Shown in pieces: positions 9,061 to 17,577 of a DNA stretch of 32,602 nt. Under the pieces are notes generated by a model. It saw only the letters and a list, made by a program, of their open reading frames with translations, had not been told where the DNA came from and searched no databases. This stretch comes from Longimicrobiaceae bacterium (GTDB lineage: Bacteria > Gemmatimonadota > Gemmatimonadetes > Longimicrobiales > Longimicrobiaceae), in the NCBI GenBank assembly GCA_036259415.1, contig DATABU010000225.1:1-32602 (forward strand), in the 5' to 3' direction. Position 1 is the first letter of the stretch, and each line of letters opens with the position of its first letter. Position numbers and translations under genes: made by a program.

Positions 9061-10243
9061 CCTCGCGCTGGAGGGCGGGACGCCGGTCCGCTCGGAGGTG
9101 CTGCCGTACGGCCGGCAGTGGCTGGACGACGACGACGTGGAAGCGGTGGTCCGCGCGCTCCGCTCGGACTGGCTGACCACCGGCCCGCTGGTCCCGGAGT
9201 TCGAGCGGGCCTTCGCGGAGTCGGCGGGAGCGGCGGAGGCGGTGGCGGTGAGCAACGGCACCGCGGCGCTGCACGCGGCGATGCACGCGCTGGGCATCGG
9301 GCCGGGCGACGAGGTGATCGTCCCCGCCATGACCTTTGCGGCGAGCTCCAACTGCGTGGTCTACCAGGGCGGGACCCCGGTATTCGCGGACGTGGACCCG
9401 GGCACCCTGCTGGTCGACCCGGCGTCCGTGGAGGCGCGGATCACCCCCCGCACGCGGGCGGTGGTGGCGGTGGACTACGCCGGGCAGCCCTGCGATTACA
9501 AGGCGCTGCGCGCGCTCGCGGAGCGGCACGGGCTGGCGCTGGTGGACGACGCCTCGCACTCGGTGGGGGGGAGCGACCGGGGGCGCCCCGTCGGCTCGCT
9601 GGCCGACCTGAGCACCTTCTCCTTCCACCCGGTCAAGCACCTGACCACCGGCGAAGGGGGGATGGTCGCGACCGACGACGCCGAGCTCGCGCGGCGGATG
9701 CGGGTGTTCCGCAACCACGGGATCACCTCGGACCACCGGCAGCGGGCGGAGCAGGGCGGCTTCTTCTACGAGATGGTGGAGCTGGGGTACAACTACCGGA
9801 TCACCGACTTCCAGTGCGCCCTGGGGCTCAGCCAGCTCCGCAAGCTCCCGGCGTTCGTGCGCCGGCGGCAGGAGATCGCGGCCCGCTACGACGCCGCCCT
9901 CGCCGCCGTCCCCGCCGTGCGCCCGCTGGCGGTCCGGCCGGGCGTGTCGCACGCCTACCACCTGTACACGGTGCTGCTGGACACCGGCCGGCTCTCCGCC
10001 GACCGGGCCGCGGTGTTCGCCGCGCTTCGCGCCGAGGGGATCGGGGTGAACGTGCACTACATCCCCGTGCACCTGCACCCGTTCTACCGGGAGCGGTTCG
10101 GCACGGGACCGGGGACGTGCCCGGTGGCGGAGGACGCCTACGAGCGGCTCGTCACCCTCCCCATGTTCCCGCAGATGACGGACGGCGACGCGGACGACGT
10201 GGTCGCCGCCGTCGTCAAGGTGGCGGAGCGCTTCGCGGCCTGA
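9050..10243 (+). CDS. pseC: UDP-4-amino-4,6-dideoxy-N-acetyl-beta-L-altrosamine transaminase, PseC (DegT family)
   Basis: LPYGRQWLDDDDVEAVVRALRSDWLTTGP N-terminus typical of PseC. PLP-lysine context FSFHPVKHLTTGEGG. NYRITDFQCALG. Sits immediately after pseB with an 11-nt overlap. Confidence 0.85.
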   Translation: MSSSLALEGGTPVRSEVLPYGRQWLDDDDVEAVVRALRSDWLTTGPLVPEFERAFAESAGAAEAVAVSNGTAALHAAMHALGIGPGDEVIVPAMTFAASSNCVVYQGGTPVFADVDPGTLLVDPASVEARITPRTRAVVAVDYAGQPCDYKALRALAERHGLALVDDASHSVGGSDRGRPVGSLADLSTFSFHPVKHLTTGEGGMVATDDAELARRMRVFRNHGITSDHRQRAEQGGFFYEMVELGYNYRITDFQCALGLSQLRKLPAFVRRRQEIAARYDAALAAVPAVRPLAVRPGVSHAYHLYTVLLDTGRLSADRAAVFAALRAEGIGVNVHYIPVHLHPFYRERFGTGPGTCPVAEDAYERLVTLPMFPQMTDGDADDVVAAVVKVAERFAA

Positions 10244-10248
10244 CGCGC

Positions 10249-11166
10249 GTGGGCCCGCCGCTTCACCTCCTGGCCGACGCCACGCCCGAGTGCGGCGCGG
10301 GGCACGCGATGCGCCTGGCGAGCCTCGCCGAGGAATGGGCCGCCGGGGCGGGCGGCGTGGTGCGCCTCGCCGGCGAGGTGTCCATCCCCTTCGTGCGGGA
10401 ACGGCTCGCCGCGGCCGGCGTACGGGTGGAGGCGTCGGGTGCCGGGCCGCTCCCGGGCGCGGTGCTGGTGGCCGACAGCTACGACGCCGGGCGCCGTCGG
10501 CAGGGAGCCGGGGCGCCCGGCGCCGCGCTCCGCGTGCTGGTGGACGACCTGGGCGGGGAGGTCCCGGCGGGGTACGACGCCGTCTGGAACCCGAGCGCCT
10601 GCGCCACCCCCGCGCTCTACCCCGGCTTCGCGGGCGAGGTGCTGGCGGGGGCTGCCTTCGTCCCGGTGCGGACCGGCCTCCCCCCGTGGCGGCCGTGCGG
10701 CCCCGGCACCACCGCGGTGATGCTGGGCGGCGGGGACGTCCCGCCCCACCTCCGCGACGCGCTCGGGAGGCTGGCGGCTGAGCTCGGGGAGGCGCGCTTC
10801 CGGGGCGTGGGGGGCTGGACTCCCCCGGGCTGGGGCGGCATCCCGGCGTCGGACCCGTGGCGGGAGGTCTCCGGCTGCGGGGTGCTGGTGACGGCGTCCG
10901 GATCGTCTGTGTGGGAGGCGGCCGCTGTCGGGATCCCCATGGTGGTGGTGAAGACCGCCGCGAACCAGGAGCGGGTGTTCCGCTGGGCCGTGGAGTCCGG
11001 CGCCCCGGGGGTGGACGCGACTTCGCTGCGCGACCCGGCCGCGCTCGCCCGCGCCCTGGGGGAGGCGCACGGCCGGGCGGCCCCGCTCCCGCGGATCCGG
11101 CCGGGCGGGGCGCACGTCGCCCGGACCCTGCGGGCGCTGGCGGCGCGCCGGGGAGCGGGGGCGTGA
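10249..11166 (+). CDS. pseG: UDP-2,4-diacetamido-2,4,6-trideoxy-beta-L-altropyranose hydrolase, PseG-like (GT28-like fold)
   Basis: This is the C-terminal 305 codons of the artefactual 9118-11166 ORF. GTG 10249 gives VGPPLHLLADATPECGAGHAMRLASLAEEW, matching the PseG N-terminal G-x-GH-x-x-R pattern. C-terminal VLVTASGSSVWEAAAVGIPMVVV nucleotide-sugar-binding strand. Position between pseC and pseH. The exact start is uncertain. Confidence 0.7.
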   Translation: MGPPLHLLADATPECGAGHAMRLASLAEEWAAGAGGVVRLAGEVSIPFVRERLAAAGVRVEASGAGPLPGAVLVADSYDAGRRRQGAGAPGAALRVLVDDLGGEVPAGYDAVWNPSACATPALYPGFAGEVLAGAAFVPVRTGLPPWRPCGPGTTAVMLGGGDVPPHLRDALGRLAAELGEARFRGVGGWTPPGWGGIPASDPWREVSGCGVLVTASGSSVWEAAAVGIPMVVVKTAANQERVFRWAVESGAPGVDATSLRDPAALARALGEAHGRAAPLPRIRPGGAHVARTLRALAARRGAGA

Positions 11167-11639
11167 CGGCTCCGCTCCGGGTCGTCCCCGCCGCGGCCGG
11201 CGACGCCTACGCGCTCTGGCTCTGGGCGAACGACGCGGGGACCCGCGCGGCCTCGTTCGGGCGCGATCCCATCGCCTGGGCCGATCACGTCGCCTGGCTG
11301 GAGCGCGCGCTCGCCGACGCCGCGCACGCGGTGCTGGTCGCGCGGAGCGCGGACGGGCGCCCGGTGGGGTCGATCCGCTTCGACACCGGGGACGGCTGGC
11401 GCACCGCCCGGCTCAGCTACGTGGTCGCGCCGGAGGCGAGGGGCGAAGGGCGCTCCGGGCCGATGGTGCGCGCGGGCGTGGCGTGGGTCCGCGGCGCCCA
11501 CCCCGGCGTGGCGGTGCGGGCCCGGGTGATGGAGGCCAACGAGCGGTCGCTGCGGGTGTTCCGGAGGCTCGGGTGGAGGGAGGAGCGGGCGGAGGAGGGG
11601 GTGAGGGAGTTCTGGTCCCGGGAGACGGGCGTGGAGTGA
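11163..11639 (+). CDS. pseH: GNAT N-acetyltransferase, PseH-like (assigned mainly by position)
   Basis: GTG 11163 overlaps the pseG stop (GTGA). About 158 aa. GNAT core (VAPEARGEGRSGPMV, ANERSLRVFRRLGW). Located between pseG and pseI, as in many pse operons. Confidence 0.6.
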   Translation: MTAPLRVVPAAAGDAYALWLWANDAGTRAASFGRDPIAWADHVAWLERALADAAHAVLVARSADGRPVGSIRFDTGDGWRTARLSYVVAPEARGEGRSGPMVRAGVAWVRGAHPGVAVRARVMEANERSLRVFRRLGWREERAEEGVREFWSRETGVE

Positions 11640-11641
11640 GG

Positions 11642-12694
11642 ATGGAGATCCAGATCAACGGCCGGAGCGTCGGCCCCGGGTACCCGGCGTACCTGGTGGC
11701 CGAGCTCTCCGGGAACCACAACGGCGACCTGCAGCGCGCGCTCGACACCGTCCACGCCGCGGCGGAGGCCGGGGCGGACGCGATCAAGCTGCAGACGTAC
11801 ACCGCCGACACGCTGACCATCGACTGCGGCAGCGGGCTCTTCGTCGTGCCCGGCGACGGCCCCTGGGGCGGACGGACGCTGTACCAGCTCTACCGGGAGG
11901 CGCACACCCCGTGGGACTGGCACGCGCGGCTCTTCGATGAGGCCCGCTCGTGCGGGATCGACGTGTTCTCCACGCCCTTCGACGCCACGGCCGTGGAGCT
12001 GCTGGAGGAGCTGGGCGCGCCGGTGCACAAGGTCGCCTCGTTCGAGCTGGTGGACGACGACCTGCTGCGGGCGGTCGGGCGCACGGGGAAGCCCGTGGTG
12101 CTCTCCACCGGCATGGCCAGCCTGGAGGAGATCGCCCACGCGGTGGACGTGCTGCGGGGCGCCGGCTGCGAGCAGGTGCTGCTGCTGCGCTGCACCAGCA
12201 GCTACCCGGCCCCGGACGCGTCCATGAAGCTGGCGACCCTCCCGGTGCTGGCGCAGGCGACCGGGTGCCCGGTGGGCCTCTCGGACCACAGCCTGGGCAC
12301 CACCGCCCCGGTGGTCGCCGTGACCCTCGGCGCCTGCTTCGTGGAGAAGCACTTCACGCTCGACCGGGCCGACGGCGGGGTGGACAGCCACTTCTCGCTG
12401 GAGCCGGCGGAGTTCCGCGCCCTGGTGGACGACGTGCGGCGCGCCGAGGCCATGATCGGCACGGCGGGCTTCGGGCCGGGCGTCGCCGAGGAGGGGAGCA
12501 CCGTGTTCCGCCGCTCCCTGTTCGTGGTGCGGGACCTGGCGCCGGGCGAAGAGCTCACCCGCGAGAGCGTGCGGTCCATCCGCCCCGGCTACGGGATGTC
12601 GCCCCGGTTCCTGGACGTGGTGCTCGGCAAGCGAGCGGCCCGGGCGATCCCCCGCGGGACGCCGCTCACCTGGGACCTGGTGGGCGGTGGCTGA
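11642..12694 (+). CDS. pseI: Pseudaminic acid synthase, PseI (NeuB family with C-terminal SAF domain)
   Basis: ATG 11642, 2 nt after the pseH stop. MEIQINGRSVGPGYPAYLVAELSGNHNGDLQRALDTVHAAAEAGADAIKLQTYTADTLT, STPFD, VHKVASFEL, GLSDHSLG, VEKHFTLDR. SAF-like tail FRRSLFVVRDLAPGEELT...IRPGYGM. Confidence 0.88.
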   Translation: MEIQINGRSVGPGYPAYLVAELSGNHNGDLQRALDTVHAAAEAGADAIKLQTYTADTLTIDCGSGLFVVPGDGPWGGRTLYQLYREAHTPWDWHARLFDEARSCGIDVFSTPFDATAVELLEELGAPVHKVASFELVDDDLLRAVGRTGKPVVLSTGMASLEEIAHAVDVLRGAGCEQVLLLRCTSSYPAPDASMKLATLPVLAQATGCPVGLSDHSLGTTAPVVAVTLGACFVEKHFTLDRADGGVDSHFSLEPAEFRALVDDVRRAEAMIGTAGFGPGVAEEGSTVFRRSLFVVRDLAPGEELTRESVRSIRPGYGMSPRFLDVVLGKRAARAIPRGTPLTWDLVGGG

Positions 12695-12713
12695 GCCCGG
12701 CGCCGCGCGCGGG

Positions 12714-13562
12714 ATGGAGCGGGTCGTCCTGGGGACGGTGCAGCTCGGCCTCCCCTACGGGGCGCGGGCGGGCGCGGGGACGATGCCGGAGCACGCCGCG
12801 CGGGCCGTGCTGGACGCGGCCTGGGCGCTGGGGATCCGCGCCTTCGACACCGCCGAGGCGTACGGGGAGTCCGCCGCGCGGCTGGAGCGCTGGCTGCGCG
12901 GGCGCGGGGTCGCCGGCGAGGCGCACGTGGTCACCAAGGTGAAGCCCGGCGAGGGGCCCGGGATCGGCGGCCGGGTGGAGCGGGCGCTGGCGCGCTTCCC
13001 CGACGCGGCGAGCCGGACGCTCCTCACGCACGGCGGGGCCGGAGGGCGGGAGTGGGAGGAGGCCGCGGCGGCCGCGCGGGCCTGTGACGCGGCGGCCGGG
13101 CAGAGCGTCTACGGCCGCGACGGGGTGGAAGCCGCGGTCGCCTGCGCGGGGGTGGAGCGGGTGCAGGCCCCCGGCAACCTGTTCGACCTGGGGGCGCTGG
13201 CCGGGCGTGCCGGCGCCCCCGTGGCGCTGGACCTCCGCTCGGTGTACCTCCAGGGGCTGCTCGCCTCGCCGCCCGCCGCCGCCGAAGCCAGGGTCCCCGG
13301 GGCGGGAGCGTTGGCGGGTGCGGTCGCCGCGGCGGCGGCCGGGGTGGGGGAGGAGCCCGCCGCGCTGCTCTGCGCCGTGGTGCTGGGGGCGTGCCGCCGC
13401 GGCGACCGGCTGGTGGTCGGGGTGGACGCCCCGGAGCAGCTCGCGCCCGTGGCGCGGGCGGTCTCGCTCGACCCGCCCACTGTCCAGGCGTTCGCGCGCG
13501 CGGCGCGGGAGGCCGTGGCGGGTCCGGTGGACCCCCGCGTCCTCGATCCGCGACGCTGGTGA
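12714..13562 (+). CDS. Aldo/keto reductase family oxidoreductase
   Basis: MERVVLGTVQLGLPYG...AVLDAAWALGIRAFDTAEAYGESAARLERWL shows the AKR D-x-A-x-x-Y-G signature region. ATG 12714 chosen; GTG 12687, overlapping the pseI end, is the alternative. The C-terminal half is Ala-rich and less diagnostic. Confidence 0.65.
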   Translation: MERVVLGTVQLGLPYGARAGAGTMPEHAARAVLDAAWALGIRAFDTAEAYGESAARLERWLRGRGVAGEAHVVTKVKPGEGPGIGGRVERALARFPDAASRTLLTHGGAGGREWEEAAAAARACDAAAGQSVYGRDGVEAAVACAGVERVQAPGNLFDLGALAGRAGAPVALDLRSVYLQGLLASPPAAAEARVPGAGALAGAVAAAAAGVGEEPAALLCAVVLGACRRGDRLVVGVDAPEQLAPVARAVSLDPPTVQAFARAAREAVAGPVDPRVLDPRRW

Positions 13563-13602
13563 CGCGGGTCGCGGCGCGCCGTACTCAAGACGAGCGGAAT
13601 CG

Positions 13603-15669
13603 ATGCCGATGTCCAGGACCGTAGCGGTGATCCAGGCGCGGACCTCGTCCACGCGACTCCCCCGGAAGGTGCTCGCGCCCGTCGGGCCGGTCACCCTGGT
13701 CGAGCGGCTGGTCCGGCAGCTCGGCGGCGCCCGGGAGCTGGACGCGGTCGTGGTGGCCACCTCCGCCGACCCCAGCGACGACGAGCTGGCCGCGCACCTG
13801 GAGGCGGCGGGGGTCCCCGTCTACCGCGGCGAGCTGGACGACGTGCTGGCGCGCTTCGCCGGCGCCGCCCTGTCGCACGGGGCGGAGGTGGTGGTCCGGC
13901 TCACCGGCGACTGCCCGCTGCACACGCCGGACACCGTGGACGAGGTGGTGGCCGCCTTCCGCGCGTCGGGCGCGGACTACGCGTCGAACGTGGACCCGTA
14001 CACGCGGCCCGACGGGCTGGACGTGGAGGTGTTCCACCGCGGCGCGCTGGAGCGGGCGCTGCGCGAGGCGCAGCCGGGGCCCGACCGCGAGCACGTCACC
14101 CCCTGGCTCCGCCGCTCGGAGGCCGTGCGCAGACACGCGCACCTGCACCGTGACGGGCTGGGCGGCGAGGGGCTCCGCTGGACGGTGGACGAGCCCGCGG
14201 ACCTGGAGTACGTCCGCCGCGTCTGGGCGAGACTGGACGAGATCGGGGCGCAGCCCCACAGCTACGAGACCATCATGAAGGCAGCCCTGGAAGTCGGAGC
14301 GCGCGACGGCGCCGACATCTCCAACCGGGGATACTACAGGTCCCTGTTCGAAGCCGCCGCCGGCGAAGCGGCCCCGCCGCTCCGGCTGGAGCGCAGCGAG
14401 GAGCTGCTGCGGCGCAGCGCCGCGGTGGTGCCCGGCGGCGCCCAGACCTACTCCAAGAGCTGGCGCCAGCACATCCGCGGGGTGTCGCCGGTGTTCCTGG
14501 AGCGCGGCGAGGGGGCCCGCGTCTGGGACGTGGACGGCAACGAGTACGTGGACCTCGTCCAGGGGCTCCTCCCCAACGTGCTGGGGTACGCCCACCCGGA
14601 AGTGGACCGCGCCGCCTACGAGCGGGCCCGGCGGGGGCACTCGTTCTCGCTGGCGCACCCGCTGGAGGTGGAGCTGGCCGAGCGCCTGGTCCGGCTGATC
14701 CCCTGCGCCGAGATGGTGCGCTTCGGGAAGAACGGCTCCGACGCCACCGCGGGGGCGGTGCGCGTCGCGCGGGCCTTCACCCGGCGGGACCGGGTGGCGA
14801 CCTGCGGCTACCACGGCTGGCAGGACTGGTTCATCGGCACCACCTCGCGCACGGCGGGGGTCCCGGAGGCGGTCCGCGAGCTGGCGCACCCCTTCCCGTA
14901 CGACGATCTTGAGGCGCTGGACCGGCTCCTCTCGGCGCACCCGGGCGAGTTCGCCGCGGTGATCATGGAGCCGTTCAACTTCTTCCCGCCGGCGGAGGGC
15001 TACCTCCAGGGGGTCAGGGAGCTGGCGCACCGGCACGGGGCGCTGCTCATCTTCGACGAGATCTGCACCGGCTTCCACATGGGGCTGGGCGGGGCGCAGA
15101 AGATGTTCGGGGTCCTCCCCGACCTCGCCACCTTCGGCAAGGCGATGGGGAACGGCTACCCCATATCCTGCATCGTCGGCAGGCGGGACGTGATGCAGAC
15201 GTTCGACGACGTGTTCGTCTCCTTCACCTTCGCCGGCGACGTGGCCGCGATGGCGGCGGCGATGGCGGTGCTGGACGTGCTGGAGCACACCGACGCGCTG
15301 CCGCGCATGCACGCGGCCGGGCGCAAGCTGGCCGACGGCGCCCACGCGCTGGCCGCCGAGGCGGGGCTCGGCGACCGCTTCCGCACGCACGGGCACCCCG
15401 CCTGGACGCTGCTGCGCTTCCTGGACGCCGGGGGCGCGGACGACCCCGTCCTCAAGACGCTCTGGTCGCAGGAGGTCGTGCGGCGCGGCGTGCTGGTGCT
15501 CGCCACCCACAACGTGTGCGCGGCGCTGGACTACGCGGCCGTGGAGCACGTGCTGCGGGCCTACGCCGAGGCGTTCCGGTTCGTGGGGCGGCTCGCGGCC
15601 GAGGGGGCCGACCTCGCCGCGTACCTGGACGGTCCGGTGCCCTCGCCCGCCTTCCGCGCCCGGGGCTGA
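13603..15669 (+). CDS. Fusion protein: N-terminal SpsF/COG1861-type cytidylyltransferase domain plus C-terminal class-III (GSA-aminomutase-like) PLP aminotransferase domain
   Basis: ATG 13603 inside the artefactual 13084-15669 ORF. N-domain VAVIQARTSSTRLPRKVLAPVG...VVVATSADPSDDELA...VYRGELDDVLARF...RLTGDCPL...YASN. After about 250 aa comes VVPGGAQTYSKS...FLERGEGARVWDVDGNEYVDL...GKNGSDATAGAVRVARAFT...IFDEICTGFHMG...DLATFGKAMGNGYP (PLP lysine). One uninterrupted frame. Confidence 0.8.
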   Translation: MPMSRTVAVIQARTSSTRLPRKVLAPVGPVTLVERLVRQLGGARELDAVVVATSADPSDDELAAHLEAAGVPVYRGELDDVLARFAGAALSHGAEVVVRLTGDCPLHTPDTVDEVVAAFRASGADYASNVDPYTRPDGLDVEVFHRGALERALREAQPGPDREHVTPWLRRSEAVRRHAHLHRDGLGGEGLRWTVDEPADLEYVRRVWARLDEIGAQPHSYETIMKAALEVGARDGADISNRGYYRSLFEAAAGEAAPPLRLERSEELLRRSAAVVPGGAQTYSKSWRQHIRGVSPVFLERGEGARVWDVDGNEYVDLVQGLLPNVLGYAHPEVDRAAYERARRGHSFSLAHPLEVELAERLVRLIPCAEMVRFGKNGSDATAGAVRVARAFTRRDRVATCGYHGWQDWFIGTTSRTAGVPEAVRELAHPFPYDDLEALDRLLSAHPGEFAAVIMEPFNFFPPAEGYLQGVRELAHRHGALLIFDEICTGFHMGLGGAQKMFGVLPDLATFGKAMGNGYPISCIVGRRDVMQTFDDVFVSFTFAGDVAAMAAAMAVLDVLEHTDALPRMHAAGRKLADGAHALAAEAGLGDRFRTHGHPAWTLLRFLDAGGADDPVLKTLWSQEVVRRGVLVLATHNVCAALDYAAVEHVLRAYAEAFRFVGRLAAEGADLAAYLDGPVPSPAFRARG

Positions 15670-15694
15670 CCCGGCGCGGGGAGGCGCATCCATC

Positions 15695-16951
15695 GTGTTC
15701 GCAGGAGTGACCGAAGTGTACCACGGCAGCCAGGCGGCGGAGAACGGCGGGAGCGGCGCGGCGGGAACGGCGGGGCGCGGGATCCCGCTCCCGGTGCTCC
15801 GGCTCACCCGCTGCACCCGGTGCGGCCTCCCCGAGACGTACGAGACCATCGAGTTCGACTCGGCCGGCGTGTGCAACATCTGCCGGCAGAAGGAATACCG
15901 GGACAGCGCGATCGACTGGGACGAGCGCAGGCGCCGGCTCGACGCGCTGATCGCCGAGTACCGCGGCAAGCACGAGTACGACTGCATCGTCCCCTTCTCG
16001 GGGGGAAAGGACTCCACCTACACCCTGTACTACCTGGTGAAGGAGTACGGGATCAAGCCGCTGGTGGTGCAGTTCAACCACGGCTTCATGCGCCCGAAGC
16101 TGCGCGAGAACAACGAGCGCACCTTCCGCGAGCTGGGGGTGGACGTGATCTCCTTCACCCCCAACTGGAAGGTGGTGAAGCGGCTCATGCTGGAGGCGCT
16201 CGTCCGCAAGGGCGACTTCTGCTGGCACTGCCACACGGGGATCTTCTCCTATCCCATGCACGTGGCGCTCAAGTACAACACGCCGCTCATCTTCTGGGGC
16301 GAGCCGTCGTCGGAGTACACCGCGTACTACGACTACAAGGACGACCAGATCGAGGAGGTGGACGAGACCCGCTTCAACCGCTTCGTCAACCTGGGGATCA
16401 CCGCCGAGGACATGGCCGGGATGATCTCCGGCGACTTCCCGCTGGACCCGCGCGACCTGGCGCCGTTCACCTACCCGTCCGTGCGCGACCTGCGGCGTCT
16501 CCGCTACCGCTCCGTCTGCCTGGGCTCATTCGTCCCCTGGGACGTGAAGCGCAACGTGGAGCTGATCCGGCGCGAGCTGGGCTGGGAGGGCGACCGGGTG
16601 GAGAACATGCCGTTCGACCGCTACCCGTACGAGAAGATCGAGTGCTGGGTGCAGGGGGTGCGCGACTACATCAAGTACCTCAAGCGGGGCTACAGCCGGG
16701 TGACGCAGATGACGGCGCTCGACCTCCGCAACGGCCGCATCGGCAAGGAGGAGGCGGAGCGGCTCATCGCCGAGCACGAGGGGAAGCGGCCGCCGTCGCT
16801 CGACCTGTTCCTGGGCTACGTGGGGCTCACCGAGGACGAGTTCAACCGCATCGTCCTGAAGACGGTGGTCCCGCCCTTCGAGCCGGACTTCTCCGCCATC
16901 GAACCGGGCGAGAAGCTCCCCGACTTCGGCGCCTGGTACCGGGAGCGATGA
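15695..16951 (+). CDS. N-acetyl sugar amidotransferase (PP-loop ATP-pyrophosphatase; WbuX/WbpG/PseA family)
   Basis: Zinc-ribbon CTRCGLPETYETIEFDSAGVCNICRQ, PP-loop CIVPFSGGKDSTY, FCWHCH. Followed directly by HisH-like and HisF-like genes. GTG 15695 is provisional; downstream GTGs are possible starts. Confidence 0.82.
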   Translation: MFAGVTEVYHGSQAAENGGSGAAGTAGRGIPLPVLRLTRCTRCGLPETYETIEFDSAGVCNICRQKEYRDSAIDWDERRRRLDALIAEYRGKHEYDCIVPFSGGKDSTYTLYYLVKEYGIKPLVVQFNHGFMRPKLRENNERTFRELGVDVISFTPNWKVVKRLMLEALVRKGDFCWHCHTGIFSYPMHVALKYNTPLIFWGEPSSEYTAYYDYKDDQIEEVDETRFNRFVNLGITAEDMAGMISGDFPLDPRDLAPFTYPSVRDLRRLRYRSVCLGSFVPWDVKRNVELIRRELGWEGDRVENMPFDRYPYEKIECWVQGVRDYIKYLKRGYSRVTQMTALDLRNGRIGKEEAERLIAEHEGKRPPSLDLFLGYVGLTEDEFNRIVLKTVVPPFEPDFSAIEPGEKLPDFGAWYRER

Positions 16952-17577
16952 CCGCGCCGCGGGTCGGGATCCTCAACCTGGAGATGGGGAACCTGCGCTC
17001 CGTCTCCAACGCGGTGTACAGCCTGGGGTGGGACCCCGAGCTGGTGGACGCGCCGGGAGCCCTGGACGACCTCACCCACCTGATCATTCCGGGGGTGGGC
17101 GCCTTCCACACCGCCATGCGGCGGATCGAGGAGAAGGGGCTGCGCGAGCCGGTGCGCGCCTACGCGTCCACGGGGCGCCCGCTGCTCGGGCTCTGCCTGG
17201 GGATGCAGCTGCTCGCCACCACCGGCGAGGAGGGCGACCCCACCCCGGGGCTGGGGCTGGTCCCCGGCCACGTGGAGCGGCTGCGCGCGGACCTCGTCCC
17301 CGCCATCCCCCACGTGGGGTGGAACTCCATGGAGCTGCGGCGCGACCACCCCGTCCTGCGCGGCGTGCGCAGCGGGGTTGACTTCTACTTCGTGCACTCG
17401 TACCGCTTCGCGCCCGACTCGCCGGACGACGTGGTGGGGAGCACCGAGTACGGGCAGGTCTTCGCCTCCGGCGTGGGCCGCGGCAACGTCGTGGGCTTCC
17501 AGTTCCACCCGGAGAAGAGCCAGGCCAACGGGCTGCGGCTGATCGACAACTTCTGCGCCTGGGACGGGCGGTGCTGA
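16948..17577 (+). CDS. hisH: Glutamine amidotransferase subunit, HisH paralogue (WbuY-type)
   Basis: ATG 16948 overlaps the upstream stop (ATGA). VGILNLEMGNLRSVSNAV, IIPGVGAF, LLGLCLGMQLL (nucleophile Cys), HVGWN, YFVHSY, GFQFHPEKS. Its context argues for a sugar-amidation paralogue rather than histidine biosynthesis. Confidence 0.85.
   Translation: MTAPRVGILNLEMGNLRSVSNAVYSLGWDPELVDAPGALDDLTHLIIPGVGAFHTAMRRIEEKGLREPVRAYASTGRPLLGLCLGMQLLATTGEEGDPTPGLGLVPGHVERLRADLVPAIPHVGWNSMELRRDHPVLRGVRSGVDFYFVHSYRFAPDSPDDVVGSTEYGQVFASGVGRGNVVGFQFHPEKSQANGLRLIDNFCAWDGRC

Noticed and set aside
9118-11166. 682-aa plus-strand ORF spanning pseC and pseG
   Set aside because: The N-terminal 377 codons are an alternative frame of pseC (Gly/Arg-rich nonsense). 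Only the part from GTG 10249 matches a PseG-like protein.
14380-15669. Reading the class-III aminotransferase domain as HemL (haem biosynthesis)
   Set aside because: It is fused to a cytidylyltransferase-like domain and sits inside a glycan locus. GSA-aminomutase-like paralogues occur in such loci. No other tetrapyrrole genes are nearby.
13585-16017. 810-aa minus-strand ORF
   Set aside because: It is antisense to the cytidylyltransferase-aminotransferase fusion and the amidotransferase, both of which have strong motifs on the plus strand. It has no motifs and shadow-ORF composition. The same reasoning applies to the minus-strand ORFs 5261-6754, 6730-7872, 8056-9351, 8753-10078, 19330-21114, 20879-22063, 25642-27210, 27897-29591, 29104-30756 and 30769-31968.
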